From an uncultured Planctomycetota bacterium (GTDB lineage Bacteria > Planctomycetota > Planctomycetia > Isosphaerales > Isosphaeraceae), in NCBI GenBank assembly GCA_963845755.1, contig CAWJTV010000011.1:1376001-1440000 (forward strand): a stretch of DNA of 64,000 nucleotides, in the 5' to 3' direction. Position 1 is the stretch's first letter, and each line of letters starts with the position of its first letter. Of this stretch, positions 31,593 to 46,462 are shown one piece after another. A program made the translations under genes and the position numbers. The notes under the pieces are model-generated. The model made no database searches and was not told where the DNA came from. It saw nothing but the letters and a program-made list of their open reading frames with translations.

Positions 31593-33793
31593 TCAATGCA
31601 ACACGCAATAACCGTGCATGTGGAGCAGCCAGAGCAAGGGCTCGATCATCCCGAACGGGGTGATCGTCCGTTGCGACAGGTCTTCGATGCCGAGCTCGGC
31701 CCCCTCGAGCCCGACGGCGCTCATGGGGAAGAACATGTAGCGACCGCCGAAGTTCTCCCGCAGCATCCGCTCGACGTTCCAGCCCGGGAACATCAGGGGC
31801 ATCGCCGCGGCGCAGAGCTGGGACCGCTCGTGGATCAGCGACAGGTCGACCTTCTGCGTCAGGGTCTTCCGCAAGTCGTTCACCAGCTCGATCGCCTGCG
31901 TGCCCATCGGGTTCTTGCTCACCACGCAGGTCCATCTTCGAGACACAGATGGCGATCGGCAGGTCGATCGGGATTTCCGAAGCCAGGCCCCGGATCGCGT
32001 GCATCTCCTCGGCGAATTGCGTCAAGGTCTGGATCTGGTCCTCGATCGTCGCATCGGATCCCGTCGGAGACCTGGGTGGGGTCGAGGAAGAGCGTGAACC
32101 CCTCGCAGAGCAGGGCGCGGCGGCGGAATTCGTGCTGGTCGATGTCGAAGTTCCGCATCTCGCCGGAGAAGTCGAAGAGGTTGACCATCGACTTGTTGGG
32201 GCCGAGGGGATCGGCGTCGTGGACGTGGAAGGTCAACGGGTAGGGCAGGCCGCAGCACGGTCGGATCGAGGACCTCGGCCTCGTGTGCAGCAGGTCGCTG
32301 ACGAGCTCGATCGAACTGGCGCGTCCTCGCGCGAAGGGATCTTGCGGATCGCCGAGGCGACCGGGATGTTGGAGTTCTTGATCATGTCATAGAGCATCAT
32401 CATCCAGTGCGTCTTTCCGCTCGACCGAATGCCGACGGTCGGGAAGCAGAGCCGGTTCTGGCGGATGTAGTTCTCGCGGATCTCGTAGTCGCAGACATTG
32501 CAGACCTTCTTGCGGAACCTGGCCTGCGGTCCGTCGTCATCGTCGGAGGCCGCGGTGTCGAAGTCCAGCGTGTCCAGGTTGAGGCAGCGCGGGCACTTGC
32601 GGCTCTCCTCGTTGAGCTCGCGGCGACGCCGCCGGCGGATGGAGGTCAGCGGGACGATGGCGGCCAGGATGAAGAACCCGCAGGTGACGAGGCGGACGAG
32701 GCTGAGGGTCCGCGCGTGGTCGCTACCGCCCACGACGAATCCCTGGAGTTTGATCGTGTCCGTCTTGAGATGAGTTTCGAGCCGCTCGGTATCCTCGACG
32801 ACGCGGGAGGCGATCCGGGCCGAGACGCGAAGATTCTGGAACTGCCCCTGAAAGCCCTTCTCGATCGCCTCGACGCGATCGACGAGCTCCTTCTGATCCC
32901 GGTTCTCGGGCTTGAGGGCGTTGGCGGCGCGGGCATGCCGGATTTCCTCCAGGTGCTGGTCCAACTGGAGCCTGGCGGCTTCCAGGGCGTCCTGCGTCGC
33001 GTCGCGACGCTTCTGGAGTTCGTCTCGCCGGCGTTCGAGCGCCGCGGAATCACGGCCGGCTTCTCCGGCCGGCTCGGCCGCGGCGGGCGGCTTTTCGGGT
33101 TCCGTCTCATCGCCGGGCGCCGCGCCGCAGGCCACGGCCGCGGCCGCGGCCAATGGCAGGATCAGCGCGAAGGCGGCTGGGCTGGGGCGGCTGCCCAGGG
33201 CCCGGAGCCGCCATCGGAGCCGGTCGCGGACCTCGTGCCCCATGAGCACCACGCCCCCCAGCAGCGCGAGGATGCCCTGGCCGATCAAGCCCCACGACAC
33301 CTCGATGTCCGGTCGTTTCCCCTTCCACGGCCACCCGACCAGGTGCTCGGCCTCGTCGATCTTATCCTGGAACGCCAGGTCCTTCTCCATGGCCTCTTCC
33401 CAGGCGGTGATGGACTCGGCCTCATCCCTCTCGATCGCTTTCTGCAGTTTCTCCAGTTCCGCATGCATGGCCGGCCACTGCGCCTCGGTCCCTTTCTTGA
33501 TCCGCTTGCGGATCGTGTCGTCCCAGACGTTGTCCTTGGCCGACAAGGGCCTCTCCTCGGCCTGTCCGTCCTTCTGGAGCCGCCGCGGACACCAGTCGAT
33601 CTTCCTCCTGAATCTCGGCCGCTTTCGCCTCGACGCGCAACAGCTCCAGTTTTAGAGCGGCGACCTCGCGACGCAAATTCGCCACGGCACCGCCGGGCGT
33701 CGAAGCCGGGGCCTGGGCCTGGGCCGCCGGGACGGTCGTGGCGAACCACGCCACCACGCCGGCGGCCAGCCCGATCCACTGGTATCGCCTCAT
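31593..33793 (-). CDS. Membrane-anchored Zn-ribbon TRAFAC-type GTPase (double-GTPase-2-like), frameshifted
   Basis: Signal-like start (MRRYQWIGLAAGVVAWFA), coiled coils and 2-3 TM segments, CPRC..CNVC, G1 GIRSSGKT, G3 DFSGE, LFLDP, G4 SKMD, G5 SAVG, and C-terminal EPLLWLL. Confidence 0.8.
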
Positions 33794-34262
33794 ATCCGGC
33801 CCCTCGAGCTCATGGTAAGCGTCTCACACCCGGCCCATCACCGACCGCATGCCTTGATCCACGCCAATCCGCCGGGGAATGGCGACTCTGCATTTGAGTT
33901 TCGGGCCATCCTACTGCGACGGCAGAGGACCAACGGACGCGTTGCGGTCGTCGCCGCGGGAGAGGAATTCGGAGGATTTTGTCCCTGGGACACCATCACA
34001 TTACCACCCGCCGTTCCCAGCCTCAAGGCGCTGACTCTCATTCACGACTGCAATCCAGGTTTCATCGTCCCCAGGACAGGGTCACTCGGTTTCCCACAAT
34101 CAAGACGCGGGCCTACCGGCCCGCTTGCGCAAGGCCGCGGCGTTTCCCACCCGCAGCACAATCGAGGCGCCGCCGACTCGGGGGCCCGCGTTCGACGGAT
34201 TGATCGCGCGTTCCCAGGAATCCATCATTGCATGCGAAGCGTGGGATGGCGAGATCCTCCCA

Positions 34263-34565
34263 TTAGCGTCTTCTTCCGTAGGCTCGCTGCGCCGTGCGCC
34301 TCTGGGGATTCCGAATTCCGGATTCGAGATTCCCGATTCCGGAATCATTCCCCTTCGGGAATCCGGAATCTCGAATCGGGAATCCCGATGGGGTTGCGGC
34401 TGCAGGCCGCGTCAGAGTCTTCCTCCGTAGGCTCGCTCGCCGTGCGCGCCTCTGGGGATTCCGAATTCCGGATTCGAGATTCCCGATTCCGGAATCATGC
34501 CCCTTCGGGAATCCGGAATCGCGAATCCGGAATCCCGATTGGGTTGCGGCCGCAGGCCGCATTAA
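34263..34565. repeat. Two tandem copies of the ~150-bp palindromic repeat
   Basis: Units 34263-34415 and 34412-34565, same orientation as 9824-9978. Junction tetramers TTAG, TCAG, TTAA. Confidence 0.92.
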
Positions 34566-35164
34566 GGATTACGAACGGGCTTGTCACGACTCCGTGAAAA
34601 CGAGAGGGACCCGGTTCGGCAGGGGACCCAGATCGGCATAGGCGAATGATGTTCTCGGAGCTCGCCGCGCACGTCGCGTCATAATAACCCGAAGCCCTGG
34701 CGAGGATCCGTAGTGGTCTGCCTCGCTGACGGGTCGAGTTGGTCGCGTTGCGTCGGCGGAGAAGAGCGTCTTGCATTGCCGAGGAATCGCGCGACTCGAT
34801 GAGCCGAAACCGCGGCGTCGGAGGTTCATGGCTGATCGTACCGGACGGTCGCGAACATGATGGGATGGGCTTCGAAGTCCACCTTCTGCTCGCGGGTGCC
34901 CGAGGTGATTGGCTCGCCGGAGGTAGCCGTTGACACCCCGTTCGACAAATCGAGGCGGTGCGACGGGGTCAGTCTCGGACCCTGCAAGGGCGACGGAACG
35001 GCCACTGGCCCCGGGAATCCGTCAGCCCTTCCCGGGCTGCTACGGGGCGGAGAAGACGCGGTCGGTTTGCCTTACAGGGGTTTCACACCTGGCTAAGGAC
35101 CGCGGCCCCTCCGGGGTCTTCCGGATGCCTCATTCCCATGCTCGACCAACGTGTGAACGGCTAC

Positions 35165-36201
35165 TCACAGAAGGCACAGAGAAAAATTCTTTGATGCTTC
35201 TGCTGATCGCAACCTCTTGTACTTCGAGACGCTATGAAATCGTGTGCGGCGTACAAGATTCTCGAACTTAGTCGTACAGAGCGACGCGGCGATTCGGTCG
35301 TGGAACAGCGTGTTCTCGCCGTTGACCAGCACGACCACGCCGTAGCGTTCGGCGTCGTCGCCCCGCTTGTTCAGCACGAACTCGACCTTCTGACTCTCCT
35401 TGGGCTCGGGCAGTTGCCCTGGTTACCCGCGAATTCCAGCGGGATGCGTGCACCGTCGTACCAGGCTTCGAGCGTCACGGGGGCCGCGGGGCTCTCCAGC
35501 GAATTCTTGGCCTGCGGCTGGAACGCCCGACCGGGCTGCTGCTTGAACTCGTCGTTGTCGAACCCGCCGCGAACCAGCAGGCTTTCCCCGATCTCGATCA
35601 GGGCAGGCGGATCGGTCGACGCGTGGAACTGCGTCACCGGACGGAGGACGTTCTCCGTCGCGTCGAACGCCTGGACCGAGACCGTCATCGTCCGGAGGTC
35701 GCTCGAGACCAGGACGACGCCGGTCAGGATGGCGTCCGGGGAAACCTGGGTGCGGCCCCAGGCGAGCGGATACTTTCCCTTCAGGAGGATCCGGCGTCCC
35801 TCGGCTTTGAGGTGATCCGCGCCCGGCAGCGTGGCCGCGGTGCGGCCAGCGTCGTGGATAATACCGAGTGGATGTCGCCAATCGTTGGCCAGGATCAAGG
35901 CGATTTCCAGCCGGTCGGCGAGGCTCTGGTTGATCAGGCCGACGCGGTCGCTGACACGCCCGTCCCCCTTCTTGACGCGGAACTTGAGCACGCCGACGTT
36001 CTTGTAACCGTGTTGCCGGAGATCGTTGAGGATCGCCGGCGCCTGCCTGGCCAGGGCTCGATCGATCGTTTCGGGTGCAGTTGGCGGTGCGGCTCGTAGC
36101 CGCCCGGTCAGCCCGAGCATGGCCGCGGCTCCGATGAGCCCGACGAGCCAGCGCGCGACCCGCGTGCGGCCGACGTTTTCGGTTCGATGGTTCCCGATCA
36201 T
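35165..36201 (-). CDS. Exported hypothetical protein, frameshifted and possibly 3'-truncated near 35270
   Basis: Signal peptide (WLVGLIGAAAMLGLTG), KNVGVLKFRV, YPLAWG. A second frame gives YGVVVLVNGENTLF, then coding character is lost in AT-richer DNA. Confidence 0.6.
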
Positions 36202-36233
36202 CGTGGAATTCCCCTTTTCCGCTCATGGAGCCG

Positions 36234-39200
36234 TCACACCGGGCTTTGTGGACCTTTCAGCCACCACCAACGCGCCGCAAACCAGGAACTGACGACCACG
36301 ATGAGCATCACCCCGCCCTCGACGAAGGGGTTTCCCGAGTCCGGAGAACCCGGCCGGGACGACCCTAACGCGGGCTGTAGCGCGTCGGGAGCCGGCGTAG
36401 GCGTAGCCGATGCAACGGTCGCGGCCGGACTCGACGTCGCGGCGGGTTTGAGACCGCGGGGTGCGTTGAGATCCGGCGTGTTGTCGGCGACCAAGGGCGC
36501 GGGTGCCGAGGCCATTTCGCCCTCGATGCCGACGGGCTCCGACGCCCACGACGCACCCGGCTGGCCCGTCAGCGTGAACGCGGCCCAGAAATGGGGGCGC
36601 GCGGCGCCAAAGTTATGTTGACGCTGCACGTGGAGTTCGTCGAGCTGCGCCCGCCGCAAGGCCGAGGCCGGCCCGAGGCCCGAGCCGAGATGTTCGAACA
36701 GGCCGATCATCACCCGCGCCGTGGCCTTGTCGGGGACATTCCAGAGTGAGGCGACCACGGATTGAGCCCCGGCGATCTGGAATGCCTGGCGGAGCCCGGC
36801 GACGCCCTCTCCGGACTGCAAATCGCCCAGCCCCGTCTCGCAGGCGGAAAGCACGACCAGGCTCGTCCCTTGAAGATCGGTCCCGACCACTTCCAGGCCC
36901 GTGAGCCAGCCGTCGAGGCCGTGATTGTCGGTGGCCACCGCGCCCGGCTCACTCAACTGTTTACACCCCGCCAGGAGGAGTCCGCAGCGGAGCAACGGGT
37001 TCTCGGGCGGACGACCCGAGGACGACGTGGCGGACTGATCCAGAAGAAGCCATGGGTGCTGAGGACGAGCACCCGCGGCCGCCGCAGCCTTCGGAATTGC
37101 GCTTCAGTCGCCTTGGCCTGCCGGTAGTCGGCCGGTTCGGCACCCGCATATCGGGTCAGCGGTGCGCGGATTCCGTCCGCCTCTGCTCGGGTGAACGGGA
37201 GCGGGTCGGCCTTGAACCCCGCCGGGATGGATCGAGCGATCGCACCGATCTCGCCGGGAGTCAGACTGCTCGGAGCGGGGTTCGTCGACGGAATCGGAGT
37301 GTCGGGTGGCCGATCGTGGTCGAAATCGACGTCGGCGAAGATCGCCGGGCGTGCGGTCGAAGGGGCCGCTAGCGGCGAAGCCAGATCCCGGCCACTCACG
37401 ACCAGGTGGATCAAGTGCCGCTCGATCGCGTAGTGGCCGTCACCCAGGGGGAGCGCCTGCCAGGGGACGAGCCAGAGCGACCGAATCGGGGCTCAACACC
37501 CACCGTGCGGCCGGATCAATCCGAGAGCGGAGCGGCCCGAGGAGCCGCTGGGAGAGGGCTTCCAGCGTTTGATCATCATCGGACTCGCCTTCGCCCTTGT
37601 CCTGGTCCTGATCGGGACGCATGGCTCGGCGAACCGCGGCGATGGCCTGGTCGATCGGCTCGGCCTCGCCCAGGTCGATGAGACGGACATCGCCCCGATC
37701 CGCAGGCGGGATCACCCACGCCAGATAGCAAGCCCACCGCTTGTGCTGCCGATTTCCGGTGATATACCGTGCGAACTCGATGAGGACGGCATCGGAGGGA
37801 AGCGCCCCGCGCACACGGTCAAGCTCGGTCCACGGATCGCCGGAATCGGAGCCTTTGAGCGTCAAACTGAGTTCGCGTGAGATCTCGTGCTCCCTGGCGA
37901 CGAGCTGCTCGATTTGTCGCGGGGTCCGGTGCGATCCAATGTCATCTGAAATGCGGGAGAAGCCAGGTTTGCCAGGCGCCCTCGCGTCTCGTTCAACCGC
38001 GCGACAATCTCGGCCACGTGGGGATCGGCGGACGCACGGGCCAGGATGGCCCGCTCGGCCAGCGCCGCGAAGGCGACGGCCTTGTGGTTCAAGATCCACG
38101 AGGCCGAATGGTCCGGCCAACCCGGAGAGTTCCTCAGGCCGGAGGTCATCCCCATCGCGATATCGTAATTCGAGTTGGTCATTCGCAAGAGCGCGAGCTG
38201 GTCGCCTTCCGAAAGCACGGGCAGGGAACGTTCCAGAATTCGACGCAGGGAGCGGCACTCGACATGCAGCAGGTCGAGGGCCTCCGGCGGCATGACGGCA
38301 GCGCCACCAACGACAGGGCGAGGATCCCACGGCATTGAGCCGTATGTGGGTGGTCGGAGCCGAATTTCGCCTCGAGAGTTCGGAGGGCACGCCGTGCGCA
38401 ATCTTCGGCTTCTTGATACCGGCCCAGAAAGGTGTAGGTCGTGCTCAGGCCCACCTGGAGAACGCCCACACCAGGATGGTCGGCACCCAGAACGTCCTCG
38501 AGGGTCGATAACGCTCGTTTCAGGAGTGGCTCGGCCTCCGTGAAACGACCAGCCTCCATGAGTTCGACGGCCCGTTGTGCATCCAATAGCAACGCGGCCT
38601 TGGCACTTCCCTTGGCGAACGTCCGGTCCATCGCTTCCCCGGACGGAGGCGCGGATTTCGGCCCCTTGGTGTTGCCGAGCTTCGCGATCAGGCGCCCGAA
38701 GGCTGATCGTCATGGGATGGTTGGCGCCTCAGCTCCGCTCATAGGTGGCGAGGGTCTTCTGGAGAAGCTCTGTCGCCTCGTCCGTGCGGCCGGTGATCCC
38801 GAGCAGGGCCGCGAGCTGCGAATAGGCTTCGAGCGTGTCATGGTTCGCTGGTCCGAATCGGTCCTCGGTTTTTTTCACGCACTCACGAAGGAGCCGTTCA
38901 GCCTCGGCAAATTCGCCCTTGGCTGCGTGCAGGAGCCCCAGGCTGCCCAGCACCTTCCAGGTCTCGGGAGCGTCTGGCCCCCGCTTTTTCTCGAGGATCG
39001 CTCGTGCTTCCCCGAGGAGTTTCTCGGCGTCCGCGAATCGACCCGTGGTGATCTCCATCCTGGCGACTTCATTGAGCAGCCGGCCGATCTGAACCTCATC
39101 GGAGCCGGCTCGTGCCTTCAGGCCATCCAGGGCTGCTCGGAGATAGGCCTCGGCGTCGGCCAGCCTGTTAGTGCTCGTCATCAGGACCGAAACACGGATT

Positions 39201-39807
39201 TTTGTAGTCACGGCATCGGGGTGGTCGGGCCCATGCTTTGCCTCGAGAATCGCGATTTTCCGGCGGAGGTATGTCTCGGCGTCAACATAACGTCCGGCGC
39301 CTGACATACGCGTCGCTCAACGCGTCCACGACCTCGATGATGATAATGTGATTGGGTGCCAGCGTCGCCTCGAGTCCCTTGAGCGATCGTTTCAGACAGT
39401 TGATCGCATCATCATGGCGTCTGGCCGCCTTATACACCTTGCCGAGGTCACACAGGGTCACGTACGTCTGCGGATGGTTCGGTCCATATTTCGCCTCGGC
39501 GCCGGCGGCGACTTTTTCGCACACCTTCACGCCGTCGTCGGGGCGACCCGCGGCCAGCAGCGCCAGTCCAAGACGGCTCTGAACCTGCAGCGTTCGCTCG
39601 TGATCGACCCCATAGTCCGTCTTTGCCTGCTCGACGGCCTCCTCGTACGTCTTGACCGCCTCGGGGGCTCGTCCCTGTTTCAAGAGCGATTGTCCCTTGC
39701 TTTCCAGGGCGGCGACGCCGGTCGAATCCTGCGCGGCCGCGGGCTGCGCGGCCGCGACGAGCATCAACGCCAGCGTCAACAAGCTGCAGACCCGTGGAGG
39801 TACTCAT
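36234..39807 (-). CDS. TPR + CHAT (caspase-like) protease with signal peptide and C-terminal TM; many frameshifts
   Basis: Signal [16 protein letters not shown], kinesin-light-chain-type TPRs (G.DHP), [14 protein letters not shown], catalytic STHGF and [27 protein letters not shown], and C-terminal [17 protein letters not shown]. Confidence 0.85.
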
Positions 39808-39830
39808 GAGGAGATTCAAGCCTTCGGCCT

Positions 39831-42370
39831 TCAGGGCGCCGTGTTGGATCGCGTCTCGAGTTCGATCGACGTCTTCAACAGCCCGAACGCGTCCATGATC
39901 TTAAGGCCTCTGAGTCCGTCTCGCCATGGGTCGTGGAGGAATCGGTCGGACGTGTTACGCCCCCGGAGGATATCCCCGGCCGCGAACGACCCCACGCCGG
40001 CGAACGCCGTGATCCGTTCCTTGCCAGTCATATCCATGACGCGGATCGGAGGCTCGCCTTGCGCCGGAAACTGGAAATCCTTCCCCGGGGGGATCAGGAC
40101 CGGCACTTTCGTCAGGACGACCACTCCACCCGAGACCCCGGTCGCGATGAGCTCGACGGTCAGGTCGGAAGGGGAGGTGTTCTTGACCCGGATGATCATG
40201 TCGTCGCCGGGTCGGAAGATGTTGTCCGGCTTGTTCGACGTCAACTCGAGCGTCAGGTGCCGGTCCACCGACCAGGCGACCGGTCGAGAAACCCCTTCCA
40301 GGGGCACGACCGGCAAACCCGCGCCGAGCAGATGGACGGCCACCGGGAAGGCGGCCTCCCATGTGTTGTGCCGGATCGAGCCGCTGTTGGCCAGCGGTGC
40401 CAGGCCGACCTGGACCGATCGCGCATTCGACCAGACCGGTTGCAAGAGCTCGGGACGGTCGACGCCGAGCTCGGCCGCGGCGATCGCGGCGGTGACCGGC
40501 TGGTCACGATACTCCCGCGCGAGCTGGTCGACGAGCTCGCGCCGCGCCGGCACGCCGGGCGCCGGTTTCGTTGCCCTGTCGTTCGGGTCGATCCGGGCTC
40601 CCCGTAGGTCCTCGAACAGGGGCGGCCTCGTGACCGCGGCGATGAACCAGTCGGCCCGGACGAACGCCAACGGCCGCACCTGCGATGCCGGCCCGAGGAA
40701 CTCGTCCGCCAGCCTCGTGAAGACCTCCGAGGACGTGGGGACCACGCCATACGGGTACTCCAGCAGGATCAGGTCAAACCGGTTGATCGCGCTGGGGCCC
40801 GCCACCGTCTTGTCGCGGATGACCTGGTACGGGCTCTCATCCCAGCCCGTCGCGCGGATGTCTGACCCGGAAGAGGGTCTTCTCCGGGTCGATCGGCGTC
40901 GGCACGACCGAGGCCGAGCCCCTCGAGGTCAGGTTGATCGCCTCGATCAGAGCCTGGCGTAGGCGATCCGGTTTCTCTGGAGTGCTCCGGCGGCTGATCC
41001 GGAAATACCGCTGGAACGGCCGATCGCTCGCGGGCTGTGCACGAATATCGTCGAGGATCGACTGGAAGACATCCGGCGCCGGCCTCGCCGACCAGGGGCT
41101 CAGGTACACAAGGAGCAGGATGGCCGACGCCAGGGCGAGGCCGAGCCTGGTCCGGAAAAGTCTCCTTGGTGGTGGACCTGGTGAAGGTGGTTCCGGCCCT
41201 GGCGGAGGTGGTTCCGGCCCTGGCGGGTTCGACAACGACCGTCCTTTGAATCGCGTCGAGGTAAGCGTCCCGGAGCTCCCTGGCCGTTTGCGGACGCAAC
41301 GCCGGGTCTTTCTCGAGGCAGCGAAGCACAAGCGCCTCGACCTCGGCCGGAACCTGGGCCTCGGGGTTGCGAACGGCGAAGGCCGGCGGGAGCTCGACGA
41401 TATGCTTATGGCAAAGCTCGTAGATCGTCCCCTCGAAGGGCCGATATCCCGTCAACATCTCATAGAGGATTACACCCACCGTGTAGAGGTCGCTCCTCGG
41501 ATCTTGAGGCGTCCGATCGCATTGCTCCGGGCTCGCATAGGCCGGGGTCAAGCCAAGATCGATCGACTGGAAGAGACTTCCTCCGGCCGGGATCTCCTTC
41601 GCCAGCCCGAAGTCGAGCACCTTGAGGAATTCGCGCCCGTCTTTCCGCCCCGAGAGGAGCATGAGGTTTGACGGCTTGAGGTCGCGGTGGATGATCGGCG
41701 GGTCTTGCTGGTGCGTGATCTCCAGCACGTCGCAAAGCTGCTCGAGGATGCGGGCCGTCCAGTCCAGCCGCATCGGCACTCCCCCGCGGAGGACTTTGTC
41801 CAGCGATTGCCCTTCGACGAATTCCATCACGATGTAGGGCCGGAGGATATCCTGGAAATCGAAGTGGACCAGGTTGACGATGTTCGGATGGTTCAACCTG
41901 GCCATGACCCGGGCCTCGCGACGAAACCGCTTGAGATTCAGGTCGTTAAACCGCGAACGCAGGATCATCTTCAGCGCCCTCGGCGCGTTGTCGATCCTCT
42001 GGTCGCGAACCAGGTAGACCCGGCCCATCCCGCCGCTGCTCAGTAGTCGGACGATCTCGAAATGACCGAAAACCACCTGACCTTCGACAAACGAAATCCG
42101 GGGATCGGATGGCTCGTCCGGATCGAGCGACGACATGACGGGGTGATCGGGGGCATCGGCCTTCGAGTCGAAGGGTTCGGTACTGAGCGCACCTGCTCCG
42201 CCCGGCGGATCGCCGGCACCCAGTCGCTCGATGTTCGGATCGCCGCCCAGTGCATCGCGGCAGGCCGCACAGACTTCGAGGTGCGCGCGGACCTCGGACG
42301 CGGCCGTCTCGTCAAGCTCACCGCGACGGAAATGGTGCAGGACATCCGGTGATGGGCAGTCGGCTGACAT
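39831..42370 (-). CDS. Ser/Thr kinase: N-terminal zf-HC2-like finger, kinase, TM, extracytoplasmic domains (frameshifted)
   Basis: ATG 42370 (MSADCPS..HLEVCAAC), SGGMGRVY, ALK, HRDLKPSN, DFG, YASPEQ. TM LGLALASAILLLVYL, then YPYG..VRADWF and a DUF4384-like beta domain. Confidence 0.88.
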
Positions 42371-43015
42371 TCCGTCCTCCCGCCTCGTCGCCACCTGACG
42401 CCAGGATCCACCCGCCCGGCATGCTCCGACCGCTCTCGAGTCGCCGCTTCGCCATTCGAGGGGAAGGATTCGTCCGCCGGGCTGTCGCGGTGTCCGGATG
42501 GGTCGGAACGCCTCGGACTTCGGCAATCCCATTGGATCGTAAGTCACCGCGCTCGGACAAGAGTCTAGCGGTTGGTTCGTGATGCGCCGTCCACGCGGTT
42601 CGCCCTCGGGCGTGAAAATCGAGAAAAAGCAGGTCACTCGGCGCACGCCAGACCCCTCGGCGCCGTCAGGTCTCCAGAACGTGGGCACTGTCGAAGGCTG
42701 AAACCTTCCACCGCGATCGGATGATCGAGCGAGACACGCCCGCGAAGACCGCCAACGCGACGCTCTTCGCGACGTACGGCTCCGCCCGACCGGCGATTCG
42801 GTGACCCAGTTCGGGCCATGGCCGCAACGGTCGTGAGCCCGGCAGGGCGGCGGGCATCGATCCCGCCCTCTCCGACCCGTCCAGGGTCCTTGGCGATCGT
42901 GTGGAGACGAAAAGCCGCGGCTGGCCAGCGGTGGTTGAGCACCGCTGCCCCGAGGCCACAGGCCGCCCTGCGCCCAGAAACCGTCTTGTGGAACCCCATG
43001 CCTTGGAGACTTGCC

Positions 43016-43432
43016 ATGAAGCGTTTCCGCGAAATGATGGGCGGCCTGATGGGTCGAAACGGGTTGAAGTCGATGCGGCGTTCTCCCCGCCGGCGGAGCG
43101 GGTTCGCGCCGCTCGCCGAGTCGCTGGAGAATCGTACTGTACTCAGTCAAGTCACCTTCGGCCCGGCGATCGTGGCGCCGCACCGCGCCGAGGGCGGGCC
43201 GGCGGACATTCTGAAGGTCCAGGTCCCATCGATCGTCGTCTCCGGTCAGACGAACCAGGCGGCGGCTCCGGGCAACAACGCCCGGCCCCGTTTGGTCCAC
43301 CTCGGTGCCTCCGGGTTCGCCGCGGGGACCGGCGGTGCCGGGGTCGGGGCCATGGTCGCTGCCGATGATTCGGGCACGGTCGAATCCACCGGCCAGAGCG
43401 ATACCCAGGCCGATAACGAGACGGGGGGATGA
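43016..43432 (+). CDS. Short protein with a planctomycete LEPR-XLL-type export leader, possibly truncated
   Basis: GGAG RBS and ATG 43016; RRSPRRRSGFAPLAESLENRTVLS. Confidence 0.6.
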   Translation: MKRFREMMGGLMGRNGLKSMRRSPRRRSGFAPLAESLENRTVLSQVTFGPAIVAPHRAEGGPADILKVQVPSIVVSGQTNQAAAPGNNARPRLVHLGASGFAAGTGGAGVGAMVAADDSGTVESTGQSDTQADNETGG

Positions 43433-43714
43433 CTATCCCTCCGCCGGGCCGAGGGTTAGAATCGCTGTCGGTTCGTGGGCCGATCGACGTCGTACGGAAC
43501 GAAGCTTTCCGGACCAGGAAGTCCGGTGAACCGAGGTCGTGGAATGAGCCGTCCGTGGCGACCGGCTTCGACAAACGGGGACCAAGGCGGGGCGCTCCCA
43601 ACCCTCCTTCCGAAGGAGGGGAGAGGGCGTGCCCGTCCTGTCCCGGTTTTCCGGCACCAGGGTCACACGAATATCGCATGAATCGAAAGGAGAGGCCGCG
43701 AGAGGAGCCAGACG

Positions 43715-46462
<2,748 letters not shown>

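Noticed and set aside
28742..32300. Programmed frameshifting or phase variation
   Set aside because: Shifts are numerous, scattered through catalytic domains and not tied to consistent slippery or repeat tracts. Sequencing error is simpler.
10184..33793. Type VI or other known secretion system, suggested by FHA, PP2C, kinase and vWA
   Set aside because: No recognisable TssB/C, Hcp, VgrG, ClpV, secretin or secretion ATPase genes.
34263..34565. Possible CRISPR array
   Set aside because: Two ~150-bp units with no unique spacers, and no cas genes. Fits a MITE/REP-like repeat.
34570..35160. Possible IS or gene remnant
   Set aside because: No transposase motif or convincing terminal repeats; only a weak REP-like stretch near 35070-35117.
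42371..43300. N-terminal extension of the 843-aa kinase ORF
   Set aside because: Low-complexity read-through overlapping a divergent gene. A GGAGG RBS supports ATG 42370.
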